Source: Zavarzinella sp.
Lineage (GTDB): Bacteria; Planctomycetota; Planctomycetia; Gemmatales; Gemmataceae
DNA: 64,000 nt
Assembly: GCA_043744795.1 (NCBI GenBank)
Contig: JAYTTY010000234.1
Location: 993-64,992 of the forward strand
Direction: 5' to 3'
Shown: positions 18,151 through 27,642 of the stretch, piece after piece
Layout: each line of letters starts with the position of its first letter
Numbering within the stretch: position 1 is the stretch's first letter
Notes under the pieces: generated by a model
What the model was told of the DNA's origin: nothing
Seen by the model: the letters and a program-made list of their open reading frames with translations, nothing else
The model's database searches: none
Program-made: the position numbers and the translations under genes

Positions 18151-19581
18151 ATGACGACACGACTTGGCGGAAACAGAATTCGGCCGCAACTGCACGCCCT
18201 CGAAGGGCGCGACTGCCCCGCCGTGTTCACGATCCCGACCGGCGACGAGGCGGCCCTGAACGCCGCCATCGTCGCGGCGAACGCGAACGGCGTGAACGAC
18301 ACGATCAACTTGGCCGTGAACGGGACGTATACGCTCACCGGGGGACTCGGCCTCGCCGGCACGGGCTTCACGTCGATCACGCACGACCGGCGGGCCGGCA
18401 TGGCGACCGTCACGATCAACGGCAACGGCTCCGTGATCGAGCGCGACCCGCAGAGGGAGGAGACGTTCCGCATCTTCCGCGTGGAAGACCGCGGGTATTT
18501 GAAACTGAACGACGTAACCGTCCAAAACGGCGTCACGCGAGAAGGGGAGAAGGGCGGGGCGATCTTAGTGGCGACGGCCGGAAAATTGGCCGTCAAGAAC
18601 GCCCTTTTCCGCGGCAACCAAGCGAACAACGCCGGCGGGGCGATCGCGTTCGACACCGCGGAAGAGTCCGTCATTCAGAACAGTACGTTCGCCGAAAACA
18701 TGAACAACCAAACGGCCGCCGCCGGCGGCGGCGGGGCAATTTACGTCGAACCGCACGCCGGGCGCGTGCTGATCGTCAACTGCACTGTTGCGAACAACAC
18801 GAACAGGGTGGAATTCATCGAGGACGGCGGGGGCGACGCCTTGCCGCCCGAAGTCGTTCATTACGGCGGGGGGCTGTCGGGCGGAGCGTTCACCGACTTG
18901 GCAAACTCGATCTTGTACGGCAACATGGAGCGCCGCGGGGAGGCGGTGTTGGTCAACGACCTGGCGGTCCCCACCGGCATTATTTCGGCCGACAACACAG
19001 TAGTTGGTGAATATGACTCCAAAAAGGTCGCCGTTCAAGGGGATGGCAACCAACTCGACCCGACGACGAACAACCCTCGCCTGGGGCTGTTGGCGAATAA
19101 CGGCGGCCGGTCGAACACCTTCGCGCTGGGGCGCGGGAGTCCGGCCATCGACGCGGGCGCCAACAAGCTGTTCCCCGGCGAGAAGTACGACCAGCGCGGC
19201 CCCGGCTTCGCCCGCATCGTCGGCGGCCGAATCGACATCGGCGCGTTCGAGTTTCTGCCGAACACCCACCTGACGCTCAAGAGTTCGGTGAACCCGTCCC
19301 GGCTACACCAACTGGTGACGTTTACCGCCACGGTAACGGCCGATGGCGAGCGGGGCGTCCCGAAGGGGTCGGTCAAGTTTATGATCGACGGGCAAGTGGT
19401 CGCCACGGTCCCGTTAGACGCGCAGGGGAAGGCCCATTTTTCGACCTCGACGCTCACGCGCGGCGCGCACCCAGTGGTGGCCGAATTCGTGCCCGATTTG
19501 GGGGGGGAAAGTCCGTTCGACCCCAGTTCGGCCAGTCTGATCCAGAAAGTCGGCGACTTGAGCCGGCGGTGGGAACGGTAA
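18151..19581 (+). CDS. Extracellular beta-helix protein (choice-of-anchor Q-like) with C-terminal bacterial Ig-like domain
   Basis: LHALEGRDCPA N-terminal motif; GGAI/FxxN repeats; PRLGLLANNGG...SPAIDAG...DQRG...IDIGAFE; TFTATVTA...PKGSVKF Ig-like domain. Confidence 0.85.
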   Translation: MTTRLGGNRIRPQLHALEGRDCPAVFTIPTGDEAALNAAIVAANANGVNDTINLAVNGTYTLTGGLGLAGTGFTSITHDRRAGMATVTINGNGSVIERDPQREETFRIFRVEDRGYLKLNDVTVQNGVTREGEKGGAILVATAGKLAVKNALFRGNQANNAGGAIAFDTAEESVIQNSTFAENMNNQTAAAGGGGAIYVEPHAGRVLIVNCTVANNTNRVEFIEDGGGDALPPEVVHYGGGLSGGAFTDLANSILYGNMERRGEAVLVNDLAVPTGIISADNTVVGEYDSKKVAVQGDGNQLDPTTNNPRLGLLANNGGRSNTFALGRGSPAIDAGANKLFPGEKYDQRGPGFARIVGGRIDIGAFEFLPNTHLTLKSSVNPSRLHQLVTFTATVTADGERGVPKGSVKFMIDGQVVATVPLDAQGKAHFSTSTLTRGAHPVVAEFVPDLGGESPFDPSSASLIQKVGDLSRRWER

Positions 19582-19618
19582 CGGTTCGGGTTTCGACACG
19601 GACGTCGGAGAAGTTGAC

Positions 19619-20923
19619 ATGATCACAGGGATGTTGGCCTTGGCCGTGGCGGCCGGCGTGACCGCGGGCGGCGCGGACACCAAACTGCGGCGTCCGAAGC
19701 CGGCGCAAACGGTTGTTGCCGCCCACGCGGACGCGCCGGCGGCGCTCCCGGACGCTGGGGACAAAGCGCCCGCCATCGTCGAGTTGCTCCCGTCCGGGCG
19801 GGCCGCGCCGACGTGGTGGGCCGGCACCGACTATTTGATGTGGTGGATCAAGGGGCAGCCGACCAACGCCCCCTTCGTGACCACCGGCCCGGAATCGGAC
19901 CCGTTCGCCGGCTCGCTCGACCGCCCCGCCACGCGGGCGCTGTACGGCAAAAATTCCATCGACTTCGGCGTGATGTCCGGCCTCCGCCTCCGGGCCGGGC
20001 TGTGGCTCGACGACGACGCGACGTTCGGGGCCGAGGTGACCGGCATGGCGCTCGAACAGGGCCGGGAGACGGCCACGTTCAGCGGCGGGAGTGTCGGCCG
20101 GCCGTACATCGCCCGGCCGTTCGTCGACGCCGTCACGGGGCAAGAGAACGTCTACTTCGTCGCCCAGAACTTTTCAGACCCGTCCCTCTCGGCGTTTCTG
20201 ACGGGCGATTTGGCCATCACGACGAAGTCGCGGTTCTGGGCGTATGAGGTCAACGGCCTCGTCAACTTGTACCGCGATCCCGACGCGTGGGTCGTCGGAC
20301 TGGTCGGCTTCCGGTCGATGGGCTTGGACGAGTCCAGCAGGTTCACCGAGACGTTGCAGTCGCTGGCCGCCGGCAGTCTCACCTTCGGCGGCGCGGCCGT
20401 GGACCCGGCCCAGCGCGCCGTGACCGTTGATGACTTCAAGACTCAAAACCGCTTTTACGGCCCCCAAGTCGGCACGCGCGTGGGGACGGCCTTCGGCGGC
20501 TTGAGCGTCACCGCGCACGCCACCGTGGCCTTGGGCGTCACGCAACAAGAGCGCGTGATCGAGGGGTATTCGTTACTCACGGCCGGTGGGCGGACCGTCG
20601 CCACGCTGCCCGGCGGCGTCTTCGCGTTGCCCTCGAACATCGGCCGGGCGACGCAAAGTGACTTCTCCGTGGTCCCCGAGGCCGGCCTGAGCATGGCCTA
20701 CGAATTCACGCCGTGGCTGAGCGCCCGGTTCGGCTACAACTTCGTTTATTGGAACACGGTCCTGCGGGCGACGCAACAAATCGACCAGACGTTGAACCCG
20801 AATCAAGTGCCGACGGACGTGTCCTACGGCGTGCCGGGCGGCCCCACCCGGCCGAGTTCCCCGCTGCGCACGAGTGATTTTTGGGCGCAGGGGATCAACT
20901 TTGGGTTTGAGATTAAGCGGTGA
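19619..20923 (+). CDS. BBP7-family outer-membrane beta-barrel protein
   Basis: Signal peptide, WAGTDYLMWWIKG, QNRFYGPQVG, FGYNFVYW, C-terminal FWAQGINFGFEIKR beta-signal. Confidence 0.85.
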   Translation: MITGMLALAVAAGVTAGGADTKLRRPKPAQTVVAAHADAPAALPDAGDKAPAIVELLPSGRAAPTWWAGTDYLMWWIKGQPTNAPFVTTGPESDPFAGSLDRPATRALYGKNSIDFGVMSGLRLRAGLWLDDDATFGAEVTGMALEQGRETATFSGGSVGRPYIARPFVDAVTGQENVYFVAQNFSDPSLSAFLTGDLAITTKSRFWAYEVNGLVNLYRDPDAWVVGLVGFRSMGLDESSRFTETLQSLAAGSLTFGGAAVDPAQRAVTVDDFKTQNRFYGPQVGTRVGTAFGGLSVTAHATVALGVTQQERVIEGYSLLTAGGRTVATLPGGVFALPSNIGRATQSDFSVVPEAGLSMAYEFTPWLSARFGYNFVYWNTVLRATQQIDQTLNPNQVPTDVSYGVPGGPTRPSSPLRTSDFWAQGINFGFEIKR

Positions 20924-20940
20924 GATGTCGGCGATTGAGA

Positions 20941-21058
20941 GCAGTTTCAGTTCAGGTGTGGCGGCCGGAGTGTGGTGGGACCGGCGTCCCGCCGGTCACT
21001 TTTGTCCCGACGACCGGCGGGAGGCGGGTCCCACCGCAACACGGAAACGGAAACTGCT
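20941..21058. repeat. REPIN-like hairpin between convergent genes
   Basis: GGTGGGACCGGCGTCCCGCCGGTC (20974-20997) is inverted with 2 mismatches at 21012-21035; outer GCAGTTTC/GAAACTGC arms. Confidence 0.8.
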
Positions 21059-22147
21059 TTAGAGGCCGAGTTGCTTCCGCAGCGAGCCGAGTTGCTTCGA
21101 GCGCACGTCGTCCGCGGCGAACGGGTCGAAGACGATGTTGCCGGCCAAGAGCCGGCTCAGGACTTCCAAGGCCCGGACGCGCAGTTCCGTCTCCCGGCGG
21201 CCGAGGGCTTCCACCAACGGCGGCACGGCCACGTTCCCGCGGCGCAGGAGTTCCGGGATCGCTTGCGAGTATGTGTTGTCGGCCTTGAGGGCTTCCACCC
21301 ACCGGCGGGCGTGTTCCTGTTCCGCGAGCAGGTGGGCCACGTCCGGCTTCGGGGCCGGCGGCGGCGCTTGCGGGGCGGGGGCCGGGTTGCCGCCGAAAGT
21401 GTTGTCCGAAAACGTCGTCCCCAAATACTCGTTGATGGCGATGGGGTCGTTGATGAGTTGTTGCGGCGTCCCCTGCGTGACCACCCGGCCGTCCTTAATC
21501 AGGTAGCTGCGGTCGGTGATCTTCAGCACTTCCCGGACGTTGTGGTCCGTCAACAGAATCCCGATGCCCTGTTGGGCCAGTTCGCGGATGTTGCGGCGGA
21601 TGTCTTCCGTCGTCTTCGGGTCCACGGCCGCGAACGGCTCGTCCAAGAGGATCAGCAGCGGCTCGCACGCCAGGCAGCGGGCGATTTCCAGCCGGCGCTT
21701 CTCGCCGCCGGAACACCGGGCCGCCGGGTTCGTTTTCACGTGCTGCAACTGGAAGCGCTCGAGCATCTGATCCGTGCGCTCTTGCCGCTCGTGCTTCGTG
21801 AGCTTGCGGCCCATGCTGCGGCTGCGCGGCAGGGCCTCCAAGATGGCGATGAGGTTCTTTTCGACGGTGAGCTTGCGGAAGATGGACTGTTCTTGCGTCA
21901 GGTAGCCCATTCCGAGCCTGGCCCGGCGGAACATGGGCAGCGTGGTCACGTCCTGGCCGTTGAACATCACTTGCCCGTCGTAGGGCGTGATCTGGCCCGT
22001 CGTCATGCGGAAGCTGGTCGTCTTGCCGGCGCCGTTCGGCCCGAGCAGGCCGACGACTTCGCCGGGGTTCACGTCGAACGACACGCCGTCCACGACCCGG
22101 CGCTTGCCGTAAATCTTGACCAACCCGCGTGCTTCCAGCAGGGCCAT
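21059..22147 (-). CDS. lptB: LPS export ABC transporter ATP-binding protein LptB with C-terminal extension
   Basis: GPNGAGKTT, MFRRARLGMGYLTQEQSIFRKLTV, SGGEKRRLEIARCL, LLDEPFAAVDP, ITDRSYLI; 362 aa versus ~240 aa typical. Confidence 0.9.
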   Translation of the reverse strand: MALLEARGLVKIYGKRRVVDGVSFDVNPGEVVGLLGPNGAGKTTSFRMTTGQITPYDGQVMFNGQDVTTLPMFRRARLGMGYLTQEQSIFRKLTVEKNLIAILEALPRSRSMGRKLTKHERQERTDQMLERFQLQHVKTNPAARCSGGEKRRLEIARCLACEPLLILLDEPFAAVDPKTTEDIRRNIRELAQQGIGILLTDHNVREVLKITDRSYLIKDGRVVTQGTPQQLINDPIAINEYLGTTFSDNTFGGNPAPAPQAPPPAPKPDVAHLLAEQEHARRWVEALKADNTYSQAIPELLRRGNVAVPPLVEALGRRETELRVRALEVLSRLLAGNIVFDPFAADDVRSKQLGSLRKQLGL

Positions 22148-22237
22148 GCGCGTTCCTCACCGACGGGTCCGAATTCATACCGATACACGATGCCCCACCC
22201 CGCAACAAGGGACAAACGCCCCGCGGAATGCGGAGAA

Positions 22238-22253
22238 TGTTCCACATGGAACA
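22238..22253. promoter_or_regulatory. parS-like ParB binding site
   Basis: TGTTCCACATGGAACA, one mismatch from the palindrome TGTTCCACGTGGAACA; intergenic. Confidence 0.7.
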
Positions 22254-22290
22254 AATGGGGAAGATGGGGGGGGGTCGTTAACGCCCAACC

Positions 22291-22962
22291 TCAATCAACC
22301 GCCGGCCGACCCTCAATAATGCGGTCCCACAACCGTGTTGCCAACTCTGGGCGTTCCACGCCAACGAAACGCCCGTCCCGCCCGCCGATGAACGCGCTTC
22401 GGTGCATGTCGTCGAGTGTGTTGGCTACCATGAGGTCGGCGTCCGAGTGCGCGCGGGACCGGTCGGCGATTCGGTGTAACGCGGCGTCCGACACGTCCAC
22501 TTCCAATTTGAACTTCACGAACACCCCGCGGAAGCCCCACGGCTCGCGCACGCGGTCGGCCAGTTTCGGCGTGCGGGTCAGTTTCAGCCACACTTCGGGG
22601 TGATGGCTTTTCACTTTGCCCGCGTGAATGTCTTCCATGCGGCCGCCGTCACTGGGGGCGAAGATGCCGGCGAAGGCGTAATCACTGACGGCCGCGGCAT
22701 GGATCAACACGTCGTAACCGCTTGACGTGAGTTCCGCTTCCATCAAGGCGGCCAAGTCGTCGTAAGTGCGATAATGCTTGACGGTGAGGCGGGCCGACGG
22801 TTCCAGAACTTCCGGGTGAGAAGTCAACACGGTGACGGCGTGTCCGCGCCGCGCCCCTTCGCCTGCGATCACCGCCCCGGTGCGGCCGGTAAAAATGTTC
22901 GTGATGCACCGGACGCGGTCAATCGGCGTTTGCGTGTTGCCGGCTGTCACCAAGACGCGCAT
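22291..22962 (-). CDS. coaB: Stand-alone phosphopantothenate-cysteine ligase (CoaB-like)
   Basis: MRVLVTAGNTQTPIDRVRCITNIFTGRTG, IHAAAVSDY, GKVKS, LTRTPKL, VKFKLE, LMVAN. Confidence 0.85.
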   Translation of the reverse strand: MRVLVTAGNTQTPIDRVRCITNIFTGRTGAVIAGEGARRGHAVTVLTSHPEVLEPSARLTVKHYRTYDDLAALMEAELTSSGYDVLIHAAAVSDYAFAGIFAPSDGGRMEDIHAGKVKSHHPEVWLKLTRTPKLADRVREPWGFRGVFVKFKLEVDVSDAALHRIADRSRAHSDADLMVANTLDDMHRSAFIGGRDGRFVGVERPELATRLWDRIIEGRPAVD

Positions 22963-23118
22963 GACCCAAACCCCGGAGCCGCGACGACTGAACATCTGCC
23001 ATCATACGCCATGACGGGGAGAAATCGTTTGGCCGAAACGTCTTGTCATGTTACCCTGACCTCTGGGGACAACCCCATTCTACCTGCCTGCCGACTTCAC
23101 TTTCTCCCGGAGATCCTC

Positions 23119-25425
23119 GTGCGTCTTCTCACTTCGCTCATACTGCTGACCTTTGCCGGGCATGCGTTGGCCGCGGACTTACCCGCCGTCCTCCGATCCG
23201 CCAAAAACGGGCCGTGGTCCGCACCCGCCACGTGGGACGGCAACCGCGTCCCCGGCGCCGGGGACCGCGTTCTGATCCGGTCGGAACATCGCGTCACTTA
23301 CGACGTGGCCAAGAGCGACGTGATCCGCGGCATCACCGTCTCCGGCGCGCTGAGCTTCGCCCAAGACAAGAACACGCGGCTGGAAGTCGGCCTCGTCACC
23401 GTGCGCCCCGGAGACGAGTATTCGGAAGAGGGCTTCGAGTGCGAGGCGCACATCGGCGCGCCGGAACTCGGCAAGCCGGTCCCGACGCTGGAAATCGGCA
23501 CGCCGGACGAGCCGATCAACGCGGGCAAGAAGGCCCTCATCCGCTTGCACTACGTCGCCGGGATGAACAAAGACTCTTGCCCCGCCCTCATTTGCTGCGG
23601 CGGCCGGTGGGACGCCCACGGCCAACCCATGACCCGGACGTGGGTGAAACTCGGGGCGACCGTCAAGGCCGGTGAGACCGTGTTGAAACTCGCCGAAACC
23701 GTGACCGGCTGGACCGTCGGCGACCGCGTCGCCGTGACGGGGACGCAGACGCACGGCAACGCGAAGACCGAATCCCTTTCCGAAGACCGGGCGGTGACGG
23801 CCATTGACGGCGACAAGCTCACGCTCGATGCCCCGCTGAAGTTCAGTCACTTGGGCGAAGGCGAGTACCGGGCCGAAGTCGCCAACCTAAGCCGGAACGT
23901 GGTCGTGGAATCGGCCGACCCCGAGGGCGTCCGCGGCCACACGATGTACCACCGCAATTCGGCCGGCTCGCTGTCGTACACGGAGTTCCGCCACCTCGGC
24001 AAGAAGAACACGCTCGGCCGCTACGCCCTGCATTACCACTTGGCCGGGGACACGATGCGGGGCAGTTCCGTCGTCGGCGTATCGGTGTGGGACAGTCACA
24101 ACCGCTGGGTAACCGTCCACGGCACGAACTACCTGATCGTCCGCGACGTGGTCGGCTACAAGAGCGTCGGCCACGGCTTCTTCCTGGAAGACGGCACCGA
24201 AGTCTACAACGTCTTCGACCGCAACTTGGCCGTCCTCGCCGAGGCCGGCAAGAAGCTCCCCAAGCAGGTGTTGCCGTTCGACCAAAACGAGGGCGCCGGT
24301 TACTGGTGGACGAACAGCCTGAACACCTTCACGCGCAACGTGGCCGCCGAGTGCGACCATTACGGCTTCCGCTACGAGGCCACGTCGGGCAGTTCGCTGA
24401 AGCTGGAATTCGCCATCCGGCAACCGGACGGCACGCGGAAGCGCGTGGACGTGCGGACGCTGCCGTTCGTGCGCTTCGACGACAACGAAGTCCACAGCAG
24501 TCACGGCCTGTACGGCGTCAACCTCGGCGAAGGCGTGAACCGCGTCGGCCCGGACGCCCGCCACCCGTTCATCGTGCGCAACTTGAAAGTGTGGGACATT
24601 CACTACGCCTTCCGCCCGCAGGTGCCGTCGCTGCTGGTCGATGGTTTGCACATCCACAAAGCGGGGTACGGCGTCTACCACCCGAACTTCGATGCGCATG
24701 TGTACAAGAACGTCTACATCAGCCAAACGCACACGGAGCCGTTCAACCGCGGCCACGACGACCTGAGCGTCCAGCACGGCGTCCTCACCGTGGACGGCTT
24801 GACCTTCGACGGCTGCCGGTCCGGCGGCATGCCGCTGGTGCAAATCAGCGACGACAACCCGACCGGCGTGGCCGTCACGCACTTCCGCGATGTCAAGACG
24901 GTGAACTGGGCCGACAACAGCAAGTCGAAGGCCGTCGCCAATCTGGGCGGCGGGCCGCGACCGCAACCGAAGACATCGTCGGGCGTGCCAATTTATATTC
25001 ACGACCACTACGGGCCGGGTCGCCACGCGATGATCGTCAGCAGTCGGTCGCCGGAATACAAGGCCGACCCGACGGCCTTCCGGGCCGAGCCGCCGCTGAC
25101 GGGCGACGAGTCGCGCGTGAAAGAAGTGAAGGACGTGCCGTTCCCCGAGCCACTGTCGCCCGTGGACGACTTGCCGCCGACGACCGTGATCACGCGCGTG
25201 ATCCGTTCCGGCGGCAAAGTGACCGTCCGCGGCTGCACGGCCGACAACGGCACGGTGACGAAGGTGACGGTCAATGGCCAGTCCGCCAAGTCAACGGCCG
25301 CGAATTTCGCGGAATGGGAAGTGGCGCTGGAAGGCGTCCCGACCGGCGAGTATAAGATCGAAGCCGGAAGCGCCGACGCCGCCGGCAATGTGGAAAAGAC
25401 GCCGATGATTGTCACCGTGCGGTGA
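23119..25425 (+). CDS. G8-domain and right-handed beta-helix secreted protein with C-terminal Ig-like domain
   Basis: GTG start with signal peptide; SAKNGPWSAPATW...PGAGDRV, RAEVANLSRNVVV, GRYALHYH, FFLEDG motifs. Confidence 0.85.
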   Translation: MRLLTSLILLTFAGHALAADLPAVLRSAKNGPWSAPATWDGNRVPGAGDRVLIRSEHRVTYDVAKSDVIRGITVSGALSFAQDKNTRLEVGLVTVRPGDEYSEEGFECEAHIGAPELGKPVPTLEIGTPDEPINAGKKALIRLHYVAGMNKDSCPALICCGGRWDAHGQPMTRTWVKLGATVKAGETVLKLAETVTGWTVGDRVAVTGTQTHGNAKTESLSEDRAVTAIDGDKLTLDAPLKFSHLGEGEYRAEVANLSRNVVVESADPEGVRGHTMYHRNSAGSLSYTEFRHLGKKNTLGRYALHYHLAGDTMRGSSVVGVSVWDSHNRWVTVHGTNYLIVRDVVGYKSVGHGFFLEDGTEVYNVFDRNLAVLAEAGKKLPKQVLPFDQNEGAGYWWTNSLNTFTRNVAAECDHYGFRYEATSGSSLKLEFAIRQPDGTRKRVDVRTLPFVRFDDNEVHSSHGLYGVNLGEGVNRVGPDARHPFIVRNLKVWDIHYAFRPQVPSLLVDGLHIHKAGYGVYHPNFDAHVYKNVYISQTHTEPFNRGHDDLSVQHGVLTVDGLTFDGCRSGGMPLVQISDDNPTGVAVTHFRDVKTVNWADNSKSKAVANLGGGPRPQPKTSSGVPIYIHDHYGPGRHAMIVSSRSPEYKADPTAFRAEPPLTGDESRVKEVKDVPFPEPLSPVDDLPPTTVITRVIRSGGKVTVRGCTADNGTVTKVTVNGQSAKSTAANFAEWEVALEGVPTGEYKIEAGSADAAGNVEKTPMIVTVR

Positions 25426-25474
25426 CGTTTTGTAAGCCGCGATGCGGAGGCTTTGCGGAGAAGAGCGCGTTTGA

Positions 25475-25548
25475 GTGAGCCGAGGGCCGTCAGGCCCCGG
25501 GTGGTGCGCTCCAGCCCCTCACCCGGCGGCTTACGCCGCTCGGCTCAC
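25475..25548. repeat. REP-like composite palindrome
   Basis: GTGAGCCGAG/CTCGGCTCAC outer arms, CCGGGTG/CACCCGG inner arms, side hairpins GGCCGTCAGGCC and CGGCTTACGCCG. Confidence 0.75.
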
Positions 25549-25589
25549 AATGCAGGTCATTCAATTCGATCCGCCTTACAATCAACTTC

Positions 25590-26483
25590 ATGAGCATTGC
25601 CCCCTCTCCAGGCCGCCAATTTCGTGACGCGGTCGCCGCGGAAAAGCCGCTCCAGGTCGTCGGGGCGATCACGGCGTACACGGCCCGCATGGCCGAGGTG
25701 ACGGGCTTCAAAGCCCTTTACCTTTCCGGCGGCGGCGTGGCCGCCAACTCGCTCGGCCTTCCCGACTTGGGCATCAGCACGATGGAAGACGTGCTGACGG
25801 ACGCCCGCCGCATCACCGACGCGACGACGTTGCCGCTGCTCGTGGACATCGACACCGGGTGGGGCGGGGCGTTCAACATCGCGCGGACGATTCGCTCAAT
25901 GATCAAAGCCGGCGTCGCCGCCGTCCACATGGAAGACCAAGTCGGCGCCAAGCGCTGCGGCCACCGGCCCGGGAAGGAAGTCGTTTCCACGGCGGAAATG
26001 GTTGACCGCATCAAGGCGGCCGTGGACGCCCGCACCGATTCGGACTTCGTCGTCATGGCCCGCACCGACGCCGTCGCCGGCGAAGGGGTGGACGCCGCGG
26101 TCGAACGGAGCCGGGCCTACGTCGCGGCCGGGGCCGACATGATTTTCGCGGAGGCCGTCACCAACCTCGCCGATTACGCGAAATTCAAGCAAGCGGTCCG
26201 CGTCCCCATCTTGGCCAACGTCACCGAATTCGGCAAAACACCCTTGTTTACGACAGAGCAATTGGCCGGAGTCGGCGTGGACATCGTCCTCTATTGTTGT
26301 TCCGCGTACCGGGCGATGAACGCGGCGGCCCTCCGCGTGTATCGAGCCATCCGGTCGGACGGCACGCAACAGAATGTCGTCCCGACCATGCAAACGCGGG
26401 CCGAGTTGTACGACTTCCTCGGCTACCAAGCCTACGAGCAGAAACTCGACGAGTTGTTCGCCAAAGGAAAACTCCATGAGTGA
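25590..26483 (+). CDS. prpB: 2-methylisocitrate lyase
   Basis: [41 protein letters not shown] signature. Confidence 0.96.
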   Translation: MSIAPSPGRQFRDAVAAEKPLQVVGAITAYTARMAEVTGFKALYLSGGGVAANSLGLPDLGISTMEDVLTDARRITDATTLPLLVDIDTGWGGAFNIARTIRSMIKAGVAAVHMEDQVGAKRCGHRPGKEVVSTAEMVDRIKAAVDARTDSDFVVMARTDAVAGEGVDAAVERSRAYVAAGADMIFAEAVTNLADYAKFKQAVRVPILANVTEFGKTPLFTTEQLAGVGVDIVLYCCSAYRAMNAAALRVYRAIRSDGTQQNVVPTMQTRAELYDFLGYQAYEQKLDELFAKGKLHE

Positions 26484-27630
26484 CGCCCCCGCCCCCGCCT
26501 TCAAGCCGAAGAAGTCCGTCGCGCTCTCGGGCGCCGTCGCCGGCAACACGGCCCTTTGCACCGTCGGCCGCACCGGCAACGATTTGCACTACCGCGGCTA
26601 CGACATTCTCGACTTGGCAACGGCCTGCGAATATGAGGAAATTGCCCACCTGCTGATTCACGGCACGCTGCCCAGTGTGACCGAACTGAAGGCGTACAAG
26701 GATAAACTGAAAAGACTTCGCGGGATCCCCGCCGCCGTGAGAACCGTGCTGGAACAACTCCCGCCGACGGCCCACCCGATGGACGTTTTGCGGACCGGGG
26801 TTTCCGCCCTCGGGTGCGTGACGCCCGAACACGACGGTCATGACCCGGCGGGCGCGCGCGACATCGCCGACCGCCTGCTCGCCTCGCTCGGGTCCATGCT
26901 GGCGTACTGGCATCACTTCGTCGTCCATGGCCGCCACATCGAAGTCGAGACGGACGACGACGCCATCGGCGGGCATTTCCTTCATTTGCTGCACGGGAAA
27001 CCGCCCGCCGCGTCGTGGGGGCGGGCGATGCACACCAGCCTGATTCTGTACGCCGAACACGAGTTCAACGCTTCCACGTTCACCGCCCGCGTGATCGCCG
27101 GCACCGGGTCGGACCTGTTCTCTTGCATTGCCGGCGGGATCGGCGCGCTGCGCGGCCCGAAGCACGGCGGGGCCAACGAAATCGCCCTCGACATCTTGGA
27201 GCGGTACGACACCCCCGGCGAGGCAGAACAAGACATTCGCCGCCGCGTCGCCGCCAAGGAAGTCATCATCGGCTTCGGCCACCCGGTCTACACCGTCTCG
27301 GACCCGCGCAACAACGTCATCAAAGAAGTGGCCCGGCAACTGTCCGCGGAAGCCGGGGACAACAAGTTATTCGCCATCGCCGAGCGGTTGGAAGCCGTGA
27401 TGTGGGACGCCAAGAAACTGTTCCCGAACCTCGACTGGTTCAGTGCGGTGAGTTATCACCTCATGGGCGTGCCCAAGGCGATGTTCACCCCGCTGTTCGT
27501 GATCGCCCGCACGGCCGGCTGGGCGGCCCACGTCATCGAGCAGCGCGCCGACGGCAAGATCATCCGGCCGTCCGCCCATTACGTCGGCCCCGAGAACCGG
27601 CCGTTCGTCCCGCTTCAAGAACGACTCTGA
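26476..27630 (+). CDS. prpC: 2-methylcitrate synthase
   Basis: KKSVALSG...[52 protein letters not shown]. Confidence 0.95.
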   Translation: MSDAPAPAFKPKKSVALSGAVAGNTALCTVGRTGNDLHYRGYDILDLATACEYEEIAHLLIHGTLPSVTELKAYKDKLKRLRGIPAAVRTVLEQLPPTAHPMDVLRTGVSALGCVTPEHDGHDPAGARDIADRLLASLGSMLAYWHHFVVHGRHIEVETDDDAIGGHFLHLLHGKPPAASWGRAMHTSLILYAEHEFNASTFTARVIAGTGSDLFSCIAGGIGALRGPKHGGANEIALDILERYDTPGEAEQDIRRRVAAKEVIIGFGHPVYTVSDPRNNVIKEVARQLSAEAGDNKLFAIAERLEAVMWDAKKLFPNLDWFSAVSYHLMGVPKAMFTPLFVIARTAGWAAHVIEQRADGKIIRPSAHYVGPENRPFVPLQERL

Positions 27631-27642
27631 ACCCGGAACCCC

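Noticed and set aside
22069-22254. Small ORF beginning MFHVEH
   Set aside because: It is the translation of the parS palindrome and overlaps lptB; not a gene
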